Shown: piece after piece, positions 56,742 to 64,000 of the stretch
Position numbering within the stretch: position 1 is the stretch's first letter
Layout: each line of letters starts with the position of its first letter
Assembly (NCBI GenBank): GCA_024226315.1
Contig: JAAELT010000170.1
Span: 2,415-66,414, forward strand
Length of the DNA stretch: 64,000 nucleotides
Reading direction: 5' to 3'
Source of the DNA: a bacterium
GTDB taxonomy: Bacteria; Acidobacteriota; Thermoanaerobaculia; Multivoradales; J023
Position numbers and translations under genes: made by a program
The notes under the pieces: model-generated
Databases searched by the model: none
What the model was told of the DNA's origin: nothing
The model's input: only the letters and a program-made list of their open reading frames with translations

Positions 56742-57774
56742 TCGCCGAGGCCACGATCGCCTCGCACTCGGCCCGCGCCGCGCGAGCGGATTTCGCCAGG
56801 GTCAACTGGCCGCGGGCGCGCAGCAGGTTGTGGCTGCCGAGCTCGGGATAACGCTTCCGATCCTCGCGAAAGTAGGTGTTGCGCACCGCGTCGGCACAGA
56901 ACCGGGCCGCGAGCTCGAGGCAGATGCGCTCGATGCCGGGAACCAGGGAGCGCATCTCCGCCTCCTCGAGGGGCGGCCCCGCGGCCAACCAGGCGCGGGC
57001 ACTGGCGGCGAACAGCTCGACGTCGAAGACGCAGCTGTCGGGATCGTCCTCTCCCGCCGGGTTGCACCAGCTCCGCCAGGCATCGCCCATCTCGCAATCG
57101 ATGGTCATCATGCCGAGAGTATCGAGATCGATCAGGCACCGCGCCGGCTCGCCGGGGTCGCCGAAGCGCACGTTCGAGACCTTGAGGTCGCCGTGGCTGA
57201 ACCGGACGTGACGCAGCAGCTCGCCGCCCCACTCGGACCAGCGCCGTAGGATCTCGGCACCCAACTCGCCGGCCTCGGCCGCCAGGGGATGCCCCGGCGC
57301 CTCGGTGCGCGCGGCGTGAAGCTCGGCCATGTGGAACGTGGTGTCGTGGATGTTGCGCCGCGGCGCCTGAAGGTCGTAGCCCCAACCGTCGAGCGCGGCG
57401 TGGAAGCGCCCCACCAGCGTCCCGGCCTCGGCCGCCTGCTCGGCATCCTCGAGACGATGCAGGGTCCTGCCCGGGATGTGGGTCATCAGACGCCAGCAGC
57501 CCGCTTTCGTCACCTGCCAGAGCTCGCCATTGGTGGCCCGGATCAACCTCGGCGTGGTCAGTTCCACCTCTTCCAGGCGGGCGGTCAGCGCCTCCATGTC
57601 GAGATGGATCGACGGGTCGAAGATCGGGTTCACCCACTGCAGGATCGCCCACACCGGGTCGCCGACGATCCAGGTACGGTTGATCAACCCGCTATCCGGA
57701 TGAGTCCGCACCGGATCCTCGCTGTCCCAGCGTAGTAACGCGGCCTGGGCGTTTGCCGTGTAGGTGTCGTCCAT
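56728..57774 (-). CDS. aminoglycoside/choline-kinase-like phosphotransferase family protein (APH fold)
   Basis: The catalytic loop is VRFSHGDLKVSNVRF and the LIDLDTLG motif is present. Confidence 0.7.
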   Translation of the reverse strand: MDDTYTANAQAALLRWDSEDPVRTHPDSGLINRTWIVGDPVWAILQWVNPIFDPSIHLDMEALTARLEEVELTTPRLIRATNGELWQVTKAGCWRLMTHIPGRTLHRLEDAEQAAEAGTLVGRFHAALDGWGYDLQAPRRNIHDTTFHMAELHAARTEAPGHPLAAEAGELGAEILRRWSEWGGELLRHVRFSHGDLKVSNVRFGDPGEPARCLIDLDTLGMMTIDCEMGDAWRSWCNPAGEDDPDSCVFDVELFAASARAWLAAGPPLEEAEMRSLVPGIERICLELAARFCADAVRNTYFREDRKRYPELGSHNLLRARGQLTLAKSARAARAECEAIVASAIIPK

Positions 57775-57859
57775 CGTGCCGGAGTCTACTCAATCCCGGC
57801 GGCACAGAATTCAGGTCTCGAAACGATGCTGGGCAGACCTGGCGCTAGACTCAGCAACG

Positions 57860-58813
57860 ATGGAAGGATGGATCCGACCGGCGGCCGAGGCATGGCGACA
57901 GCTCTTCGACGGCGAGCTCGAAAGCCACCCCGTGGCCGACGACAGCCCTGAGCTCGAAACGCTCTCCGTCCGGCGGCCGGACTACCGGCCCGAGCGCGGC
58001 AACTGGCCCAGAATCATCCACCACGGCGCCCCGAGCCGGCACGTGCTGGTCCTGATTCACGGCTTGAAGGACTCGCCCGGCTATCTGGAGGCGATCGCCC
58101 TGCGATTCGCGGCCCACGGAGCCAACGTCGCGCTGCCGCTGCTGCAGGCACACGGCCGCCGCGATCCAGTGCGGGCCATGAGGGCCGTCGACTGGCGCGC
58201 GTGGCGGGCGACGGGCGACCGCGCCGTCGAGATCGCCGCGATGCTGGGAGAAGAGGTCTCGATCGGCGGCCTTTCGACCGGCGGCGCCCTGGCTCTGGAC
58301 AAGTGCCTGCACGAGCCCTCGGCGATCGCCGGCAAGCTGTTCCTGTTCTCGGCCGCCCTCGCCTTGCGGCGCCACCAGAGGCTGGTGCTCTCTACCGGCG
58401 CCGTCACGCGCTGGCTGGACGCCCGGTTGGCGCGGCGCGGCGACGGCATCGGCGGCGACCCCTACAAGTACTCGCGCGACTTCTTCGTCGGCGCCCGGCA
58501 GGTCTACCTGCTCACCAGGGACTTGCGACGGCGAGCCGGCTTCGAATCAGCCGGCCAGCATCGAGACCGGGTGTTCGTTGCCCATTCGGTGGTTGATCGC
58601 ACGATCAGCATTAGTGCGGTCGAGGGCCTTGTCCGGCAGGACGATCCCGGCCAGCACCACATCATTCCCGCGGCGTTGGACGTGGCTCACGCCGAGCTGG
58701 TGCTGGCCGAGCCGATGACCCATCAGGCGCGGCCCGGCGAGCCACCGCCGCCGCGCGCCAACCCGGAGTTCGACGCCATGATGATCAAGGCACTGGCCTT
58801 CCTCGACCGCTGA
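57860..58813 (+). CDS. alpha/beta hydrolase
   Basis: VLVLIHGLKDSPG is followed by the nucleophile elbow GGLSTGGALA (GxSxG). I chose the start at MEGWIRP because the upstream ATG at 57764 would overlap the divergent APH gene start. Confidence 0.6.
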   Translation: MEGWIRPAAEAWRQLFDGELESHPVADDSPELETLSVRRPDYRPERGNWPRIIHHGAPSRHVLVLIHGLKDSPGYLEAIALRFAAHGANVALPLLQAHGRRDPVRAMRAVDWRAWRATGDRAVEIAAMLGEEVSIGGLSTGGALALDKCLHEPSAIAGKLFLFSAALALRRHQRLVLSTGAVTRWLDARLARRGDGIGGDPYKYSRDFFVGARQVYLLTRDLRRRAGFESAGQHRDRVFVAHSVVDRTISISAVEGLVRQDDPGQHHIIPAALDVAHAELVLAEPMTHQARPGEPPPPRANPEFDAMMIKALAFLDR

Positions 58814-58826
58814 GCGGTCACTCAGG

Positions 58827-59822
58827 TCACTCCACCGCGCGGATCCGCTCCACGAGGTCGCCGTAGAGCGCGGCGTGCTTCACGTAGAGAGGCTCGACCG
58901 CCCGCTGGAACGACTCGACGTCATCGATCTCGTTGATCTCCGAGCCCGCCTCGCGCACCGCCGCCAGCGCCTCTTCCACGTAGTCGCGCCAGAACCCGCG
59001 CTGCGCCGCCGAAGACTCGCGCGCCGCCCGCCGCAACGCCGCCCGCTCCTCCTCCGACAATCGCTGCCACACCCCGCGGTGGATCATCAGCAGATCGGGA
59101 ATCGTCGAATGGCGATCGTAGGAGTAGTACTTCGCGACCTCGAAGTGGCGTTCCGAGCGATAGCTCGGCACGTTGTTCTCCGCGCCGTCGATGGCGCCGG
59201 TGTAGAGGTTGGTGTAGACCTCCTTGAATCCCAACGATACCGGCGAGCCGCCCAGCGCCTCGACCATCTCGCGCATGATCTCGGACTTCTGCACGCGGAT
59301 CTTGAGCCCCGCGAGATCTTCCAGGCTCCGCACCGGGCGCTGGCGGTTGTAGAACGACCGCGCCCCGGCGTCGTACCACGCCAGCCCCACCAGGCCGTTC
59401 GCCTCCAGCGAGCCCAGCAGCTCCTCGCCGATCTCGCCGTCGAGCACCCGCCACATGTGCTCCGGGTCGCGGAACAGGTACGGCAGCGTCAGAACCCCGA
59501 TCGTGCGCGAGAACTCCGCCAGCGGCGCCACTGACGTGCAGGCCATCTGGATGCCGCCAAATCCCAGCTTCTCGAGCGTCTCCTTCTCGTTGCCCAGCAC
59601 GCCGCCGAGTTGCAGATCGAGCGCCAGCCGCTCACCCAGTAGCGGATCCTCCCCCACCCGACGCTCGAAGTCGCGTAGGCCCTGGGCGGTGGGGTAGCCC
59701 TCGACGTGGACGTTGGAGAGGATCAGCCTCTCCTTGCCCGGCACCGAGTCTCCGCTGCAGCCGAAGAGGAGGAGCAACGCGGCGGCAGCTTGAAACCAAC
59801 GGAAGCGTCTCGAGTCGATCAT
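58827..59822 (-). CDS. dctP: TRAP transporter substrate-binding protein DctP
   Basis: It has a lipoprotein signal (LLLFGCSG) and the DctP-family fold with motifs LKIRVQKSEIMREMVEALG. Confidence 0.8.
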   Translation of the reverse strand: MIDSRRFRWFQAAAALLLLFGCSGDSVPGKERLILSNVHVEGYPTAQGLRDFERRVGEDPLLGERLALDLQLGGVLGNEKETLEKLGFGGIQMACTSVAPLAEFSRTIGVLTLPYLFRDPEHMWRVLDGEIGEELLGSLEANGLVGLAWYDAGARSFYNRQRPVRSLEDLAGLKIRVQKSEIMREMVEALGGSPVSLGFKEVYTNLYTGAIDGAENNVPSYRSERHFEVAKYYSYDRHSTIPDLLMIHRGVWQRLSEEERAALRRAARESSAAQRGFWRDYVEEALAAVREAGSEINEIDDVESFQRAVEPLYVKHAALYGDLVERIRAVE

Positions 59823-59840
59823 GGCTACGCATTTGTATCA

Positions 59841-61139
59841 TCAACGCGGCGCCACCCAACCCGGCAGCCACAGCGACAACTCCGGCACGAAGGTGACGAT
59901 CAGCAGGATCACCACCATCGCCAGGTAGAACGGCAGCAAGGCGCGGGTAGCCTTTTCGATCGAGATGCCGCCGATGGCGCAGCCGACGAACAGCGTGCTG
60001 CCCACCGGCGGGGTGCAGAGGCCAATCGCGAGATTGAGCAACAGGATGATGCCGAAGTGCACCGGGTCGACGCCCAGCTGGCCCATGACCGGCAGCAGAA
60101 TCGGCGTGGTGATGACGATCAGCGGCGCCATGTCCATGAAGGTGCCGAGGGCCAGCAGCATGAGGTTGATCAGCAGCATCAGCAGCACGCGGCTGGCAGA
60201 CAGCGACAGCAGCCAGTCGGTGAGCTGGGCGGGCACGTGGAGGTAGGTCATCACCTCGCCGAACGCCGCCGCCGTGGCGATCAGGATCAGCACCATGCCC
60301 GAGGTCTTCGACGCCCGGATCAAAAGCGGCCCGTAGCCGCGCCACCTCAGCGAGCGGTACCAGAAGGTCGACACCAGGGCCGCCCACACCACCGCCACCA
60401 CCGCCGCCTGGTGCGCCGGCACCCAGCCCAGCGCGATCGGCACGATGATGATCAGCGGCGTGACCAGCGCCGGCACCGCGCCGAGGACGATCCGCGACGC
60501 CTGCGCGAACGGCACCGCCTTCTCGGCCGGGTAGCCGCGCCGACGCGCCGTGGCCCAGGCCAGCGCCATCAGCACCGTGCCGATCAGCAGGCCCGGCAGG
60601 TAGCCCGCCAGGAACAGCGCCTGGATCGACACCGTGCCGCCGGCCGCCAGCGAGTAGATGATGGCGTTGTGCGACGGCGGAATGATGATGCCCTGGGTCG
60701 AGGAGGTGACGGTGACCGCCACCGAGAAGTCCCGGTGGTAGCCCTTGCGCACCATGGTGGGGATCAGCAGCGAGCCGATCGACGAGGTGTCGGCGACGCT
60801 CGAGCCGGAGATGCCGCCGAAGAACATCGAGGCGACGATGTTGACCATCGCCAGCCCGCCGCGGATCATGCCGACGAAGACGCCCGCCGCGTCGATCAGC
60901 CGGCGCGCCATGCCGCCACCCGACATGATCTCGCCGCACAAGATGAAGAATGGGATCGCCATCAGCGTGGTGGACGACATCTGCACCGAGATCTTCTGCA
61001 CCACTACCATGGGCGGCAGGCCGGCGGCGAAAAAGTAGGCGAAGGCCGACAGTCCGAGGCAGAACGCCACCGGCACCCGCAGGGCGAGCAGCACGGCGAA
61101 GAGGCCGAAGACCAGGAGCAACAGCGAGCCGTCAGTCAT
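59841..61139 (-). CDS. dctM: TRAP transporter large permease DctM
   Basis: The 432-aa polytopic membrane protein has the DctM-like N-terminus LLLLVFGLFAVLLALRVPVAF. It overlaps dctQ by 8 bp. Confidence 0.85.
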   Translation of the reverse strand: MTDGSLLLLVFGLFAVLLALRVPVAFCLGLSAFAYFFAAGLPPMVVVQKISVQMSSTTLMAIPFFILCGEIMSGGGMARRLIDAAGVFVGMIRGGLAMVNIVASMFFGGISGSSVADTSSIGSLLIPTMVRKGYHRDFSVAVTVTSSTQGIIIPPSHNAIIYSLAAGGTVSIQALFLAGYLPGLLIGTVLMALAWATARRRGYPAEKAVPFAQASRIVLGAVPALVTPLIIIVPIALGWVPAHQAAVVAVVWAALVSTFWYRSLRWRGYGPLLIRASKTSGMVLILIATAAAFGEVMTYLHVPAQLTDWLLSLSASRVLLMLLINLMLLALGTFMDMAPLIVITTPILLPVMGQLGVDPVHFGIILLLNLAIGLCTPPVGSTLFVGCAIGGISIEKATRALLPFYLAMVVILLIVTFVPELSLWLPGWVAPR

Positions 61140-61650
61140 CGTCGGGGCCGTCGCGCGTTGGCGCCCCTTCGGGGCGGCCCGAATCGGCCACGGTCTCGGC
61201 CGGGCCGTGGATCAGCTCACAGGCACCGAAGACGACCATCAACAGGCCGCAGAAGGCCGCCGGGAAGTATTGCACCGATGCGCTCATGCCGGTCGCCGGC
61301 AAGGTGTTGGTGACGCTCAGGGCGAGCTTTGCGCCATAGAACGACAGCAGGGCGCCGAAGATCGCCACCAGCAGTGCGGCCAACCTGCCGAGCACACTTC
61401 GTAGGCGAGGCGGCGCGAGACGGGTGAGGATCTCGACCCCCAGATGAGTCCGGTGATGGATGCCGTAGACCGCGCCCAGGAGCGCGAACCAGATCAGCAG
61501 CACGCCCTGGATCTCCGAGCCGGAGGCCCAGGAGATCTCGAACAGCGCCCAGGCCACGGTCTCGCCAGCGGCCAGCACGACGAGCAGCGCCAGGATCGCC
61601 GCGAGCACGGTCCCCACGGCCCTGGCCAGTTGGGTACAGAAAGTTCGCAT
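61132..61650 (-). CDS. dctQ: TRAP transporter small permease DctQ
   Basis: The start is MRTFCTQLARAVGTVLAAILALLVV (ATG at 61648-61650). The product has four TM helices. The upstream 327 codons of the track ORF are an antisense artefact. Confidence 0.7.
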   Translation of the reverse strand: MRTFCTQLARAVGTVLAAILALLVVLAAGETVAWALFEISWASGSEIQGVLLIWFALLGAVYGIHHRTHLGVEILTRLAPPRLRSVLGRLAALLVAIFGALLSFYGAKLALSVTNTLPATGMSASVQYFPAAFCGLLMVVFGACELIHGPAETVADSGRPEGAPTRDGPDDD

Positions 61651-61665
61651 GAAGGCCGGTATTCT

Positions 61666-62898
61666 ATGCCCACGATGCAGCGTGAATCGTCTGACCGAAG
61701 CTTCCCCGACGCCGTCGTCGACGCCTTCCACCAGCGCTTCGGCCGCCGGCCGGAGGTGGTGGTGCGCGCTCCGGGCCGGGTAATCCTGCTGGGCGCCCAC
61801 GTCGACTACAGCGAAGGCTGGGTGATCACCGGGGCGATCGATCGCGCCGTGTGGCTGGCCGCGGCGCCCGCGACGGGCTCCGAGACCCGCATCCACGCCC
61901 TCGATCTCGACGCCAACGCGGCCCTCGATCTCAATCGCCTGCCGCCCCCCCTCGTTGACCGTGACGATTCCCGCGCCTCCTGGGTCGACTATCCGGCCGG
62001 CGTCGCCTGGGCGCTCGCCGCCGCCGGCCACCGGCCGCGGGCGATGGACGTCGTCTATGGCGGCGACGTGCCGATCGGCGCCGGCGTCAGCTCGTCGGCG
62101 GCTGTGGAGATGGCCTTCCTGCTGGCCTGGGAGATCTTCGCCCAACATGAAGGGAGCGCCGGATTCGGCCTCGACGGCGCCGCTCGTGCCCGGATCGGGA
62201 TGAGCTGCGAGAACGACTACCTGGGCGTGATGTCGGGCATCATGGACCAGTTCACGAGCCTCCACGGCGCTGCCGGCAAGCTGATCTTTCTCGACTGCCG
62301 CAGTCTCGAGCACGAGCTCCTGCCGCTGCCCGAGTCGGCGAGCGTGCTGGTCGCCGATTCCGGCGTGCGGCGGCGTCTGACCGACTTCGGCTACAACGAC
62401 CGCCGGGGGGAATGCCGCGAGGCCGTCGTCTTGCTGCTGTCGCGACTGGACGGGATCGAGACCCTGCGCGACGTCTCCCTGGAGGATTTCGAGCTCCACT
62501 CCCACATCTTGCCGATGACCCTGCGCCGCCGCGCGCGGCACGCCATCGAGGAGTGCCTCAGGGTCCACGAGGGTGCCGCCGCACTCGAGCGCGGCGACCT
62601 CGCCGCCTTCGGCCGGCTGATCCGACAATCGCACCTGAGCTCACGCGACCTCTACGAAGTCTCCATCCCCGAGATCGACGTGCTCGCCGCCGCCGCCTGG
62701 GCGGCCCCCGGCTGCCACGGCGCCCGTCTGGTCGGCGGCGGCTTCGGCGGTTGCGTCATGGCACTGGTGGAGACGGAGGCGGCCGAGGACGTGCGAGCGA
62801 GGATGATCGACACCTTCGCTCGGGAGTTCGGCAAAGAGCCGGAGGTCGTCGCCTGCTCGATCGCCGACGGCGCGGGTATTGAACCGATTCAGGACTGA
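61666..62898 (+). CDS. galK: galactokinase (GHMP kinase)
   Basis: APGRVILLGAHVDYSEGWV and PIGAGVSSSAAVEMAF are GHMP kinase motifs. The C-terminus has GARLVGGGFGGCVMALV. Confidence 0.85.
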   Translation: MPTMQRESSDRSFPDAVVDAFHQRFGRRPEVVVRAPGRVILLGAHVDYSEGWVITGAIDRAVWLAAAPATGSETRIHALDLDANAALDLNRLPPPLVDRDDSRASWVDYPAGVAWALAAAGHRPRAMDVVYGGDVPIGAGVSSSAAVEMAFLLAWEIFAQHEGSAGFGLDGAARARIGMSCENDYLGVMSGIMDQFTSLHGAAGKLIFLDCRSLEHELLPLPESASVLVADSGVRRRLTDFGYNDRRGECREAVVLLLSRLDGIETLRDVSLEDFELHSHILPMTLRRRARHAIEECLRVHEGAAALERGDLAAFGRLIRQSHLSSRDLYEVSIPEIDVLAAAAWAAPGCHGARLVGGGFGGCVMALVETEAAEDVRARMIDTFAREFGKEPEVVACSIADGAGIEPIQD

Positions 62899-62906
62899 GA
62901 CCGCGG

Positions 62907-63353
62907 TCACTCTGGGCCTGGCGTAGCCAACGATCTCGTCAATTCACCCACCGCCCAAGAGACAACGGCCCCCGCCAATATCAACGCCTCTCGATATTCT
63001 TCGTCTTCGATCGGCTCATAGGCACCAGGATAACGAGTTGCCACAGCGTAGTCTGTCAGAATAACCGCTGCTTGTACCTTCTCCGGTATCGGAAGGGCAC
63101 GAGGCATCAGCTCCAAGAGCCGAGTGAGGCTGTGGGTCCGTGGGAACGGCACAGATCTGCTGATCAGAACTGCCTTGAGTGCCTTTTCCGCCGCTTGCTG
63201 AGCATGGAAGCAAAGGTCTTCGAGCAGGACACCGACCTCGGGCGGCGTGCCTGCGAGGGCCAAGTCACTCTGTGCGCGTCGTATCCAGTCCTCCGGGCTG
63301 CCGGCGGGAGGATCACGCCGCATAGACCTCTCTTCCTTCCTCGAGGATGGCAC
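62907..63353 (-). CDS. HEPN domain protein (putative toxin of MNT-HEPN pair)
   Basis: HEPN signatures CFHAQQAAEKALKAVL and PRTHSL...VATRYPG are present. It overlaps the upstream nucleotidyltransferase gene by 41 bp. Confidence 0.75.
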   Translation of the reverse strand: MPSSRKEERSMRRDPPAGSPEDWIRRAQSDLALAGTPPEVGVLLEDLCFHAQQAAEKALKAVLISRSVPFPRTHSLTRLLELMPRALPIPEKVQAAVILTDYAVATRYPGAYEPIEDEEYREALILAGAVVSWAVGELTRSLATPGPE

Positions 63354-63630
63354 GGTAGATCAGACCGAGGTTGTCCCGGTGCTTCTCAAGATCGGCCGGC
63401 GTCGCCACGAGAATGTCGAAAGCAATGCCAGCGTTCCGGATCGTCCGGTACAGCTCCTGGGCCGTTCTGCGGCGGTGGACCCCCTCGGGCATGACGACCA
63501 GCAGATCGAGATCGCTCGACGGGCCGGCCTCGCCGCGTGCGGCGGATCCGAAGAGGAGGATCCGCAGAGGATGAACCGCTTCGACGATCTGCCGAACCAG
63601 GCCGTTGATGGCTTTGTGCTGGACTCTCAT
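63313..63630 (-). CDS. nucleotidyltransferase (MNT/MntA-like antitoxin)
   Basis: ILLFGSAARGEAGPSSDLDLLVV matches the GSx9-13DxD minimal nucleotidyltransferase motif. Confidence 0.8.
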   Translation of the reverse strand: MRVQHKAINGLVRQIVEAVHPLRILLFGSAARGEAGPSSDLDLLVVMPEGVHRRRTAQELYRTIRNAGIAFDILVATPADLEKHRDNLGLIYRAILEEGREVYAA

Positions 63631-63954
63631 CGTCGCGTCTCTCTCGTTCGAGGATTCTATCCGAACAGCCGCTCCGCCTTCATAATCAGGCAGGTAGGTC
63701 GAACTGCCACGAGCGCCTGCAGGTTCGAGGGGACACTCGGGTCCCTCCTCAGAAGTCCGGAAGGGCCTTCTTCACCCAGCTGTGGCAGGCGCGCTCGTAC
63801 TCGGCGCGCAGCTCGTCCGATGCCGTCAGCGAGCGCACCTCCGTCTCGATCTTCTTGTTCCTAACCCGGCATAGCCGGAACCAAACAGGTCGAAGTGCCT
63901 CCGTCGGATAGGATGTGGGTTGGGGCCATATCCCGGCCTTGGAGGAGGCTGTCA

Positions 63955-64000
63955 TGGTGGAGCGGCTGACGGAACGGTATGCCAGCAAGATCCGTGGCGA
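63955..64000 (+). CDS. 5'-partial CDS of unknown function (continues beyond window end)
   Basis: The ATG at 63955 (MVERLTERYASKIRG...) is preceded by a strong GGAGGAGG Shine-Dalgarno 5 bp upstream. Confidence 0.3.

Noticed and set aside
61640-61680. dctQ and galK divergent start codons only about 15 bp apart
   Set aside because: The gap is too short for two promoters, so one annotated start is probably wrong. An internal GTG in dctQ is available. I take this as an annotation ambiguity, not a biological feature.
63650-63740. tRNA-like GGTTCGAGG motif in the intergenic region upstream of the MNT gene
   Set aside because: No matching T-stem or acceptor stem can be formed, so it is not a tRNA.
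63749-63988. 79-aa minus-strand ORF at the window end
   Set aside because: Its N-terminal half is nonsense-like and overlaps a plus-strand start that has a strong GGAGGAGG Shine-Dalgarno. Only its last 35 codons look protein-like, so it is unresolved rather than a confident gene.

Overview
This is a 64 kb, high-GC (about 68%) chromosomal segment. It is probably from an Acidobacteria-like bacterium: it carries an ADOP-type duplicated FtsX permease, a VWFA-related acidobacterial-domain protein and a Sig-70_X6-type ECF sigma factor paired with a Ser/Thr kinase. I call about 45 protein-coding genes, densely packed on both strands. I found no rRNA, tRNA or CRISPR array. Most of the window is housekeeping. 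It includes an M28 peptidase, a spermidine-synthase-like protein, an acyl-CoA ligase, an EPS/LPS glycosyltransferase operon, moaA, a penicillin-binding protein, fatty-acid beta-oxidation dehydrogenases, several two-component systems, a TRAP transporter and galK. Six items stand out from this background. (1) A single-gene candidate immune sensor encodes a TIR domain (catalytic-Glu motif intact), a NB-ARC/STAND P-loop NTPase, a predicted transmembrane helix and a C-terminal WD40 propeller. A NUDIX hydrolase gene is transcribed divergently from it. (2) A four-gene minus-strand cluster (39.1-49.9 kb) encodes a 771-aa Rossmann-motif protein, an NfeD/YqiJ-like membrane protein, a flotillin and a translationally coupled 1870-aa giant protein with a beta-rich N-terminus, a long helical middle and a MoxR/AAA_5-like ATPase near the C-terminus. 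(3) A fused HTH-XRE/ImmA-IrrE metallopeptidase gene is followed by a PIN-like nuclease gene. (4) An MNT-HEPN toxin-antitoxin pair. (5) A degenerate roughly 84-bp tandem repeat array lies next to a YVTN-propeller gene remnant. (6) The C-terminal TPR half of the Ser/Thr kinase gene shows a sharp drop in GC and a change in codon usage. Many long ORFs in the supplied track are antisense or off-frame artefacts of high GC, and I reject them.
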